Source: Candidatus Amphirhobacter sp. (GTDB taxonomy: Bacteria; Pseudomonadota; Gammaproteobacteria; Tethybacterales; Tethybacteraceae). From it: a stretch of DNA of 64,000 bases. The position numbers and the translations under genes were made by a program. The notes below the pieces were generated by a model. The model was not told the origin of the DNA, did no database searches, and saw nothing but the letters and a program-made list of their open reading frames with translations. The stretch is from the NCBI GenBank assembly GCA_965222035.1, contig OZ244940.1, forward strand, positions 1,775,852 through 1,839,851. Direction: 5' to 3'. Below, in pieces: positions 9,513-17,951 of this stretch. Numbering within the stretch: position 1 is the stretch's first letter; the number at the start of each line of letters is the position of its first letter.

Positions 9513-10280
9513 ATGGAAAATGGCAACCACGAGTACAAGGAGCAGCTGGGAGACCTGCATGAGCTGCAGCGCATCGTGTTCACTGATGTGCAAGATGATG
9601 CGATCAGCCCCCACGAGGATTTCACCTATCCGGTGAGCAACATGATCCGGATGCAGCGCTCGCTGAGCTGGATGCAGCGCTTCGCCGAGGAGGAGGTGGA
9701 CGAGGACATCGGCTTCATCCTGCACTGGATCGCCTTCGAGTCGCTGTACGGCCAGGACGACAACTCGCAGTTCACCACCCGCGTGAACAAGCTCACCGTC
9801 CTGCAGGAGATCGTCAAGTTCTTCGACGAGCTGGAGAAGAGCGAGCGCGACCGCTCCAAGCTGGTGAACGCCGCGATTGAGGTGCTTGACGACATCAACA
9901 GCACCTTCGCGAACCCCTACATCAGCAACGAGGCCTGGGCCGTATACTACAAGGGCTCAACCAAGGCGGGCAGCAAGCACAATCCGTTCGCGAAGGCGGC
10001 GGACAAGTTCAAGCCGTATACGCAGAGCAAGCTGAAGGACCCGCATCAATTCAACAGGGTCATCAAGGACCTGTTCCAGCGGCTGTATCTGGTGCGCAAC
10101 CAGCTGTTCCACGGCAACGCATCCTACAAGCAGGACAAGTCCCCGCAGGTCGTCAGCGCCTTTCACATCCTGCGCAAGCTGATGCCGCTGATCGTCGAGA
10201 TCATGCTGCGGTCGCTGGAGGACAATCTCGGCAGCGAGCGCTGGGGCAAGGTGCCCTATCCGCGCATCAAGGACAAATAA
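9513..10280 (+). CDS. Hypothetical protein with HEPN-like Rx4H motif
   Basis: 255-aa protein, predicted helical. It contains LVRNQLFHG (R at 10095-10097, H at 10110-10112), which matches the HEPN Rx4-6H signature. An AAGGAGAG RBS lies upstream. No partner gene is adjacent. Confidence 0.5.
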   Translation: MENGNHEYKEQLGDLHELQRIVFTDVQDDAISPHEDFTYPVSNMIRMQRSLSWMQRFAEEEVDEDIGFILHWIAFESLYGQDDNSQFTTRVNKLTVLQEIVKFFDELEKSERDRSKLVNAAIEVLDDINSTFANPYISNEAWAVYYKGSTKAGSKHNPFAKAADKFKPYTQSKLKDPHQFNRVIKDLFQRLYLVRNQLFHGNASYKQDKSPQVVSAFHILRKLMPLIVEIMLRSLEDNLGSERWGKVPYPRIKDK

Positions 10281-10283
10281 GAG

Positions 10284-11609
10284 CTAGTCGAGGTCCTGCA
10301 GGATCCGGCCCAGGCGCTGGCCGATCTCGGCCAGGTGCTCGGGCGTAGCAATCAGCGGCGGCGAGACCGCGATGATGTCGCCGGTCACGCGGATTAGCAT
10401 GTCGTGCTGGTGGAAGGCCGCGCAGAGGGCGTCATAGGCCCGGGCGCCGGGCTGCTCGCGCGGCTGCAGCTCGATCGCGCCCATCAGGCCGTAGTTCCTG
10501 ACATCGATGACATGCGGCTGGTCCTTGAGCCCGTGCAGGATGTTGGCGAAGGCGTCTTCGAGCTCGATGGCTTTCTCAAACAGTTTTTCTTCCCGGTAGA
10601 CCCGCTGGGCGGCGAGCGCCGCAGCCATGGCCAGGGGATGGCCGCTGTAAGTGTAGCCGTGGAAGAAGTCGATCGCCTTGCCGGCTGTCGCGGCAAGGAA
10701 CTTGTCATAGATAGAACTGCTGACGGCGACACCGCCGAGCGGTACCGCGGCGCTGTTGACGCCTTTGGCGAAGGTGAGCATATCGGGCTCGATGCCGAAG
10801 CGCTCGGCGGCGGTGCCCTTGCCCACGCGCCCGAAAGCGGTGATGACCTCGTCTAGGATCAGCAGCAGGTTGTGCTCTGAGCAAATGTCCCGGAGACGCT
10901 CGAGATAGCCGCGCGGCGGTACCAGGACGCCGGTTGAGCCTGCGACCGGCTCGACGATGACGGCGGCGATGTGCTCGGCCCCGTGTTCCTTGATCACGTT
11001 GAGCAGGTCATCAGCGAACTCAGCGCCGTGTTCGGGCTGGCCGCGGCTGAAAGCGTTGTGCTCGAGGTCGTGGGTGTCCCGGATGTGGGCGACGCTCAGC
11101 TGGTTGGGATACCACTTCTTGTTGTTCGGGATGCCGCCGACGGAGATGCCGCCGAAGTTGACGCCGTGATAGGCTCTGCTGCGTCCGACCAGCAGGGTGC
11201 GCTCGGCCTCGCCGCGGTGCTGGTGATAGGCGAGGGCGATCTTCAAGGCGGTGTCGACAGCCTCGGATCCTGAATTGGCGAAGAACACCTTGTCGAGGCT
11301 GCCGGGGAAGACCTCGTTGGCCAGCAAGCTAGCGAGCTCGAAAGCAAGCGGATGGCCCATCTGAAAGCCCGGCGCGAAGTCAAGTTCGGCCGCCTGCTGC
11401 TGGACTGCGGCGACGATGGTGGGATGGCTGTGCCCGCAGTGGCAGCACCACAGCCCGGCGGTGCTGTCAAGAATCTTCCGGCCCGCGGGATCGTAGAAAT
11501 ACATGCCCTCGGCGCGCGCGAGCAGCCGGGGTTTGTCCTTGAAGTCCCGGTTGCTGCTGAACGGCATCCAGAGCGCTTCGAGGTCGGGGGCTGGCGGAGG
11601 CGAAGACAT
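10284..11609 (-). CDS. Class III (omega) aminotransferase, beta-alanine-pyruvate transaminase-like
   Basis: Typical aspartate aminotransferase family class III sequence: SGSEAVDTALK, LILDEVITAFGRVG, TFAKG (PLP-binding Lys). The start was chosen at MSSPPP; the ORF extends to 11636. Confidence 0.85.
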   Translation of the reverse strand: MSSPPPAPDLEALWMPFSSNRDFKDKPRLLARAEGMYFYDPAGRKILDSTAGLWCCHCGHSHPTIVAAVQQQAAELDFAPGFQMGHPLAFELASLLANEVFPGSLDKVFFANSGSEAVDTALKIALAYHQHRGEAERTLLVGRSRAYHGVNFGGISVGGIPNNKKWYPNQLSVAHIRDTHDLEHNAFSRGQPEHGAEFADDLLNVIKEHGAEHIAAVIVEPVAGSTGVLVPPRGYLERLRDICSEHNLLLILDEVITAFGRVGKGTAAERFGIEPDMLTFAKGVNSAAVPLGGVAVSSSIYDKFLAATAGKAIDFFHGYTYSGHPLAMAAALAAQRVYREEKLFEKAIELEDAFANILHGLKDQPHVIDVRNYGLMGAIELQPREQPGARAYDALCAAFHQHDMLIRVTGDIIAVSPPLIATPEHLAEIGQRLGRILQDLD

Positions 11610-11770
11610 TGTGTGCATGATTATACAAAACGGCATATATGGAGGCTGCGCGAGTCGCGTGGATATGGCAAAGTTGCTCGGAGCAGATATTGATCTTCTT
11701 AGACATCATTGGGGGATTATTGTGTAAAATAAGGCTTGTTCAGCGCGGATTTGCAGAATGATAGGAGCTA

Positions 11771-11779
11771 CCCCCCCCC
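11771..11779. repeat. Homopolymeric C9 tract
   Basis: Nine consecutive C residues, read directly. The tract lies between an AGGAG-like element (11763-11767) and the GTG/ATG start of the large surface-protein gene. Confidence 0.95.
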
Positions 11780-11788
11780 ATCTTATTT

Positions 11789-14700
11789 GTGGCTGCGGCC
11801 CGGATGCCTGGGTTGCTGAGCATCCAGCGCTTCCTGCTGCTAGCGCTGCTAGTACTGCTGCCGGCCATGGCCCTGGCGCAGACGCAGCAGGTTTGGTTTC
11901 CTAATTCTGTTCCGAACGGCTGGAACTTCCGCATCAACCACGCTCCCGCCGGAAGTGTCAACCTGTTTGACGTGCATAACAATCCGAGTGAATTCGGTAC
12001 TGGGCTCAAATACGCTCACCAGACCGATTGCCCGAGCGGCGGGCCAGCTAGATACCACTTGCAAGATCAAATTATAGGACAAAATGATAGAGCATATTTC
12101 AAGCTCATTAGAAGTGACAATACATCAGGCGATTATGTAACCCTTACCAATCCAGCGACTCAGTATGCCACGCTCAATTTCAAGGCCAACCAGAGCTTCT
12201 CCGGGGAAACGACGTTAAATATTCGCGTATCGTTATACAGAGGTTGCAGCGGCGCTGTCACCTGGAGGCGAGCCACCATCTTCATCACGCTGCTAGCGCA
12301 GCGCGACATTCGCACGGCGGAGTCGCTGGCAGCGGCGGGCGTGTTCCGGCAAGCTACGCTAGCTAGCAACGTTTCCATCACGACGGGGATCGTGTTCCAG
12401 CGGGGCACGATGCGATGCCCGACGAACATGACCTTGCTGAGCCATACCGACGAGCTGCGCCTGCAGCATATGAATCCGTCGAGCAACGCCTTGACGGGCG
12501 CCTTGGCGACGGCGCACAGCGGCGTGGCGATGGGCGGGACCAACGCCCGGGCGCTGGCGCTGCTGTATAAGGCGGGGGCGACGGTGTCGCCGGGGGTGCT
12601 GACGGTCAAGGTCAAGGTGGACAGCCCCGCCAGCAACAACGCCTGTCCGGGTGCGTTCGCGCGTACGGTCACGGCGAAGGTGACGGCGGCCGCGTCGCTG
12701 GCGTGGACGACGGACGATGACGACGCGACGGCGGCGACAACGACGTTCGACACGCCACTGTCGAGCAGCACGCCGACGGGGATCAGGATCGCCCGCTATG
12801 CGGGCAGCTGCGAGTCGATGAAGGTGGCGCTGCCGGACAATCGGGTGACGGGCGCGGGCAACGCGATGGCGCGGGTGAGGGACATCATGCAGCTGCGCAG
12901 CGTGGATGACAGCTTGGACACGCCGGTGCTGGGCTCGCCGGGCTTCGATATATCGGTTGATGAAATCAACAGCGACGACATTTACGCGCGGCTGGAGCTG
13001 CGGGGCAGCCCGCCGGCGGGGACGCTGACGGTATCGGCGGTGGTGACGCCGGGCTGTTCGGACGAGGCGGCCCTGGCGGATCCGCAGACGCTGTCGTATC
13101 TGCTAACGGTGGAGGCGGACAACGCCTGGGAGATCGAGGGCAAGGACAGCGTGTCCACGACGCTGTCGTTTGCGGCGCCGGCGCTGGCGGCGGCGACTGC
13201 GCCGACGCCGACGGGAATCCGTCTGCATCGCAGCTCGACGAACTGCCGGGTGTTTGACGTGACGATGAGAAGCGGGGCGGGCACGTGGCTGGGGCTGCTG
13301 CGGATGACGGTGAACGGTAGCTCGACCACAGCGGTGGGCGCGCAGGGCCGGGGCTTCACAGGCGTGCACATGCAGGACGGCAACGCCGCGGACAATCATT
13401 TCCGGCTGGTGTTCGACGCTCGGGCGAACGTGGGCGCGACCACGCGGGTCGAGCGCGCGACGGTGGAGGTGAGGCCGGCGTCAACGTGCGCGGCGGCGGA
13501 CCGGCCGGCGAATCCGCTGACGTTGACCTATATGGTATCGATCCGGTCGGGCTATCGCGAGGTGGGCCCGAACGAGACGCTGCGGGCGGCGGCGGCGCTG
13601 CAGATCAACGAGCTGGCGGCGAGCGCGACGGCGGTCACCACGGGGATCAAGTTCCAGCGCGGCGTGGCGTCGTGTCCGAACACCAGCATGAGCTTGCTCG
13701 ACCACACCAGCTACCTGCGGCTGCAGCCGGTGAATGCGGCCGGCGCCCTGTCGGGCTCGCCGGCGGTCTCGCACACGAACGTGCCGATGTTCAGCGCCGT
13801 AGCGGCGAACAACCGGGCCTTGGCCTTGCTGTTCGCGCCGCGGGCGAATGTGCAGGCCGGGACCGTGACGGTACAGGTGCGGGTGGCGTCGGACACCACG
13901 CAGACGGGCTGCGCGGGCTTGGAAGCCACCACCATCACGGCCTCGGTGACGCTGGTGGATCCGACCACGTGGCAGACAGGTCCCAAGGCGCGGTCGCAGG
14001 CGGCCTCGGTGCTGCTGACGACGGAGATCGGCACCGGGGCGGACACCGGCATCCGCTTCAGCCATTTCACGGCGGCCTGTTCAGACTCGCGGCTGGTGCT
14101 GTCGGACCGGACGGTGACGGGATCGGCCGGCACGGCGCAGGCGCGCTCGATTGCGCGCTTCAGCCGGTACACCGCGGCCGACGTTCTTGAAACGGGCCAT
14201 GTCGGGTTCGACATCACGGTGGCCAACGCGTCGAACAACGTCTACGCGCGGCTGGAGATGATAGGTACGCCGCCGCCGGGGACGCTGACGTTCGCGGCGG
14301 TGGCGACGCCGGCCTGCTCGCCAGTACCGCCGGGGGTCGAGCCCTTGACGCTGTCGTATGTGGTGACGCTGACGGACCCGACGGTGTGGCAGACGGGCTC
14401 CAAGGCGCGCGGCTCGGCGGCCTCGGTGCTGGTGGCGTCGGAGATCGCGACCCAGCCGGACACCGGCATTCGTTTTCACAGCTACACGGCGGCCTGCGAC
14501 CGCGCGCGCCTGGTGTTGACGGACAGCGCGGTGACGGGCGCGGCCGGCTCGGCGCAGGCGCGGACGATCGCGCGCTTGCAGCGGTACACCGCGGGCGACG
14601 CGCCCGACGGCTCTCCCGGTCACGACATCAACCTGGCCAGCCTGTCGAGCGGGGTCCATGCGGGCCTGGAGCTGATGGGTACGCCGCCGGCGGGTACGCT

Positions 14701-16060
14701 GACGTTCGAGGTGGTGGCGACGGCGGCCTGTCCGTCGCCACCGGACATCCAGCCGTTGACGCTGTCGTATCAGGTGACGGTCCGGGATACGAGCGACGCG
14801 GAGCAGGCCGCGCAGGCCGCGGTGGGCCAGGCGACCGGCGCGGCGGTCACGCGGGTGGTTGGCTTGAGCGCCATCGCCGCGGTGCTGGGGCGCGCGGCGG
14901 ACGATGACGATGAGGGCCAGTCGCTGCTGGGACTTTTAGCGGCCAAGGAGGAGCTGCTGGAGAGCGGGGACATCGACCTGCGCAGTTTCCTGGCGGGACA
15001 ATCATTCGCGCTGGGCCTGGACGCCTCGGCGACCGGCCGGCCGGGCTTCGGCGCCTGGGGCCGGGCTGAGTTCCTGCAGCTGGAGAAAGGGGAAGACAGC
15101 GATCCCTTCCGGCATGAGGGCGACATGTTCTCGGCGCAGCTGGGCGCGGACTACCGCACGGCGGGCGGCGCCTTGATCGGCCTGAGCTACGGGCAGCACC
15201 AGCTGGACACCGACTACGCCGGCCGCCTCACCGGCGCCGACGCCTATGCGGGCAACTACGTCCTGAAGCTGGACGTGGCCCAGCCGTATGCGGCGCTGCC
15301 GCTGGAGGGCGGGCACCTGGCGGGCGCGGTCGCCGTCGGCAGCGGCGAGGCCGAGCTCAAGGACGCGGACGCCGACGCAAGCGAGGTCTATGACGCCGAC
15401 TATCTCGGCTGGGTCCTGGGCTACCGCTCGGCGGTGGGCGACGGCGGCATGGAGGTCGAGGGCGCCCTCAGCGGCGGATCCCTGGACATCCCCGACTGGG
15501 GCAACGGCTCCAAGGCGGACAACATGAGCCTGCGGACCGGCGTGCGCTACGCCCCGTCCATCGATATGGGCCGGGGCTCGCTGCGGCCCTCGGCTGGCGT
15601 CGCGCTCGCCGTCGACTGGGGCGATGATCCCGGCCACAAGTACGAGCTCAGCGCCGGCCTCGGCTATGCAGGCCTGCGCCTGGACGCTGCGGTTGAATAC
15701 ATCTACATCGGCATGGACGAGGGCGACCTGACCGCCAGCGGCGGCGCCATCGATGTGCGTTTTTCCACCGCGCCGGGCAACCTCGGCCTCGGCCTGGCGG
15801 CCACGCCGGCGCATGGACCGGCGGCCGGAGCCGACCTGCTTGCGAACCCAGACGCCGGCATGCGCGGCTCCGCTGAGATCGGCTACGGCCTCGCCGTCGA
15901 CGGCGGCGTGCTCACGCCGTACGGCGGCTGGTCCTTCGCCACCGAGGCCGGCGAAGTCGGCCTGCGGCTGCGCCACGGCGACGGCGGCAGCTGGCTGCTG
16001 CGCTGGCGGGAGGACGAGCGCGACATGATCGCGATCGAGTTCAATCTGCTCGGCGACTAA
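11789..16060 (+). CDS. Large modular secreted/surface protein with autotransporter-like C-terminal beta-domain
   Basis: Signal peptide LLLALLVLLPAMALAQT. About seven modules of roughly 135-140 aa carry conserved Cys pairs. The C-terminal ~300 aa are Gly/Ala/Asp-rich with alternating-pattern strands (FGAWGRAEF..., GADYR...), like an autotransporter barrel. An alternative start is the ATG at 11804. Confidence 0.7.
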   Translation: MAAARMPGLLSIQRFLLLALLVLLPAMALAQTQQVWFPNSVPNGWNFRINHAPAGSVNLFDVHNNPSEFGTGLKYAHQTDCPSGGPARYHLQDQIIGQNDRAYFKLIRSDNTSGDYVTLTNPATQYATLNFKANQSFSGETTLNIRVSLYRGCSGAVTWRRATIFITLLAQRDIRTAESLAAAGVFRQATLASNVSITTGIVFQRGTMRCPTNMTLLSHTDELRLQHMNPSSNALTGALATAHSGVAMGGTNARALALLYKAGATVSPGVLTVKVKVDSPASNNACPGAFARTVTAKVTAAASLAWTTDDDDATAATTTFDTPLSSSTPTGIRIARYAGSCESMKVALPDNRVTGAGNAMARVRDIMQLRSVDDSLDTPVLGSPGFDISVDEINSDDIYARLELRGSPPAGTLTVSAVVTPGCSDEAALADPQTLSYLLTVEADNAWEIEGKDSVSTTLSFAAPALAAATAPTPTGIRLHRSSTNCRVFDVTMRSGAGTWLGLLRMTVNGSSTTAVGAQGRGFTGVHMQDGNAADNHFRLVFDARANVGATTRVERATVEVRPASTCAAADRPANPLTLTYMVSIRSGYREVGPNETLRAAAALQINELAASATAVTTGIKFQRGVASCPNTSMSLLDHTSYLRLQPVNAAGALSGSPAVSHTNVPMFSAVAANNRALALLFAPRANVQAGTVTVQVRVASDTTQTGCAGLEATTITASVTLVDPTTWQTGPKARSQAASVLLTTEIGTGADTGIRFSHFTAACSDSRLVLSDRTVTGSAGTAQARSIARFSRYTAADVLETGHVGFDITVANASNNVYARLEMIGTPPPGTLTFAAVATPACSPVPPGVEPLTLSYVVTLTDPTVWQTGSKARGSAASVLVASEIATQPDTGIRFHSYTAACDRARLVLTDSAVTGAAGSAQARTIARLQRYTAGDAPDGSPGHDINLASLSSGVHAGLELMGTPPAGTLTFEVVATAACPSPPDIQPLTLSYQVTVRDTSDAEQAAQAAVGQATGAAVTRVVGLSAIAAVLGRAADDDDEGQSLLGLLAAKEELLESGDIDLRSFLAGQSFALGLDASATGRPGFGAWGRAEFLQLEKGEDSDPFRHEGDMFSAQLGADYRTAGGALIGLSYGQHQLDTDYAGRLTGADAYAGNYVLKLDVAQPYAALPLEGGHLAGAVAVGSGEAELKDADADASEVYDADYLGWVLGYRSAVGDGGMEVEGALSGGSLDIPDWGNGSKADNMSLRTGVRYAPSIDMGRGSLRPSAGVALAVDWGDDPGHKYELSAGLGYAGLRLDAAVEYIYIGMDEGDLTASGGAIDVRFSTAPGNLGLGLAATPAHGPAAGADLLANPDAGMRGSAEIGYGLAVDGGVLTPYGGWSFATEAGEVGLRLRHGDGGSWLLRWREDERDMIAIEFNLLGD
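13946..14773 (+). repeat. Two tandem coding repeats (139 and 137 codons) inside the surface-protein gene
   Basis: The module VTLVDPTTWQTGPKARSQAASVL...LTLSYV is followed directly by VTLTDPTVWQTGSKARGSAASVL...LTLSYQ. Identity is roughly two-thirds by eye. More diverged copies lie upstream. Confidence 0.85.
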
Positions 16061-16198
16061 TCACCCAGCCGCAGTGGCGCGGCTTATCAAAACTCGTGAT
16101 GCTCCAGCTCGACTCGGCAGTACGAGACGGCGATGTGCTTGCTCGATTGCAAGCCGGGTCAAGATGGATTGTTTGGAAATCGCATATATAATTCCCTT

Positions 16199-17656
16199 AT
16201 GGATATTGCGTCCCTGACCAGGAACGACATAACTGTTGAGTTGATCGACTCCTTGCTCGACCAGCCCGAGGGTCCCGAGCTCGAGTTCAAGGCGGAAGCT
16301 GGCTTCAACATCGATGAGTTATGCAGGTACTGCTGCGGCTTCGCTAATTCAGACGGAGGCCTGCTTGTATTGGGCGTGTCCGACAAGCGTCCGCGTCAGG
16401 TAGTAGGGACACCTGCCCTCCAAAACCCGGCCAAAGCCGAGGAGGCGCTTCATGCTCACGTTTCTCCTAAACCGCACGTGCAGGTGTTGGAGGTTTTCTA
16501 TCCGGAGGGGCAGAGAGTGGTTGCTGCGCTAATTAAGCGGCATCCACCGGGGGATCCTTGCGCGTATAAATCCGACTTCTGGAAGAGGAAAGGTACCCAG
16601 CTGGTGAAAATGGCCTTTGAGGATTTGAGAGAAATATTTAATGAAGTCCGTCCTCATTGGCTTGAGGCGCTGGTGGTTAAAAATGCGTCTGCCGACGAAA
16701 TTATCGAATTGCTCGACATCGAACAGTTTTACCAGTTGCAGCAGGCAAGAACCAGGCCAGCGCAGGTAGCCCGGATTATGAAAGATCTGCAAGAAGAGGG
16801 CATGATTGTCCCAACAGGTTCTAAAGGCAAGTACAATCTCAATAGGATGGGAGCGCTGTTGCTAGCAAAAAGTATCCGTGAGTGCTCCAAGGACTTGAGA
16901 TCCAAGCGGGTAAGGGTCATCAAATACCAGGGCAACGCCAAGAGTGATTCGGTTTCTTTAGATGAAGATTGGGACAAGGGCTATGCGACGGGCTTCGACG
17001 ATTTGGTGGATCTTGTGTTCAAGCAAATGGAAAATCGCCAAGTCTTCGAAAATGGCACCATTCGCCGGGACCAGGATTTTGTCCCGCAAACAGCGTTGCG
17101 GGAGTTGATTGCTAACGCCATCATCCATCAAGATTTTGAAAACGATCGTCAGCCAGTAGTGGAGATCTTTGACAACAGGGTTATTATAATCAATCCAGGA
17201 ATGTCATTGCTGGATGAAGAGGATATGATTCTCACGCATCAGGCCCGCAACAAGCAAGTTGTGGATGCGATGCGCCTGTTTGGTATTTGCGAGAAGCAGA
17301 GCAGCGGCATCGACAAGGCGATCATAGCTCTCGAAGAGGAGGGGCATGCTCCGGTCGAGTACCGGATGAGCAAGAGTGTCGGTGAGACAGAAGCCTACCT
17401 GCAAGGAGTGAAACCATATGAAGATCTGGGCAGGAAACTGCGAGAGCTTGCCTGCCGCCAGCACTGCGCAATCCGCTATGTGTTGGGAAATTACATGACC
17501 AACGAGTCATTGCGCAACAGATTCAGGCTGGATGAGGACAAGACCAAAGAAATCTCTAAATTGATTCACAAGATGGTGGAAGAAGGCCACATCAAGCCAT
17601 TCGAAGGCAACGGCAATTCCAAGAAATATGCTAGTTATGTTCCTGCCCGGGTTTAG
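16199..17656 (+). CDS. AlbA_2 (Schlafen-like) DNA-binding domain plus HATPase_c_4 domain protein ('RecG-like' putative regulator)
   Basis: The N-terminus has the ELEFK pattern of the AlbA_2 domain. ALRELIANAIIHQDF matches the HATPase_c_4 core. The C-terminus looks like a winged-helix region. The gene is AT-rich. The ORF track starts at 16133; MDIASL at 16199 is preferred. Confidence 0.6.
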   Translation: MDIASLTRNDITVELIDSLLDQPEGPELEFKAEAGFNIDELCRYCCGFANSDGGLLVLGVSDKRPRQVVGTPALQNPAKAEEALHAHVSPKPHVQVLEVFYPEGQRVVAALIKRHPPGDPCAYKSDFWKRKGTQLVKMAFEDLREIFNEVRPHWLEALVVKNASADEIIELLDIEQFYQLQQARTRPAQVARIMKDLQEEGMIVPTGSKGKYNLNRMGALLLAKSIRECSKDLRSKRVRVIKYQGNAKSDSVSLDEDWDKGYATGFDDLVDLVFKQMENRQVFENGTIRRDQDFVPQTALRELIANAIIHQDFENDRQPVVEIFDNRVIIINPGMSLLDEEDMILTHQARNKQVVDAMRLFGICEKQSSGIDKAIIALEEEGHAPVEYRMSKSVGETEAYLQGVKPYEDLGRKLRELACRQHCAIRYVLGNYMTNESLRNRFRLDEDKTKEISKLIHKMVEEGHIKPFEGNGNSKKYASYVPARV

Positions 17657-17951
17657 CCAGCCGCTACAACAGAGCGTAAATCTTATTCCCCGAAACAGGC
17701 GTTTTAGGCCCTTTTAAAAAGTGAGAATCAGTAAAAACAATAACTTCTTATTCCCCCAAGTGGCTATTTTCTACATCAATTAAGCATAAAAATATATCAA
17801 AAAACTCAAAATCATTTCAACTGTATTATCTTCGCGTCAATATATCTTATTCTTCATTGATCTACGGCTATTGCTATAAAATAATCAACCCTAGATAGAT
17901 ATAGATGGGCGCAGCCAAGGTGCTGTACTCGCTTTTCTCCGAAACTTATTG

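Noticed and set aside
15000-16060. Firm call of a classical autotransporter beta-barrel for the C-terminus of the 1423-aa protein.
   Set aside because: The composition and strand-like pattern fit, but the protein ends in ...IEFNLLGD rather than the usual terminal aromatic residue, and I cannot run the HMM. It is therefore labelled autotransporter-like only.
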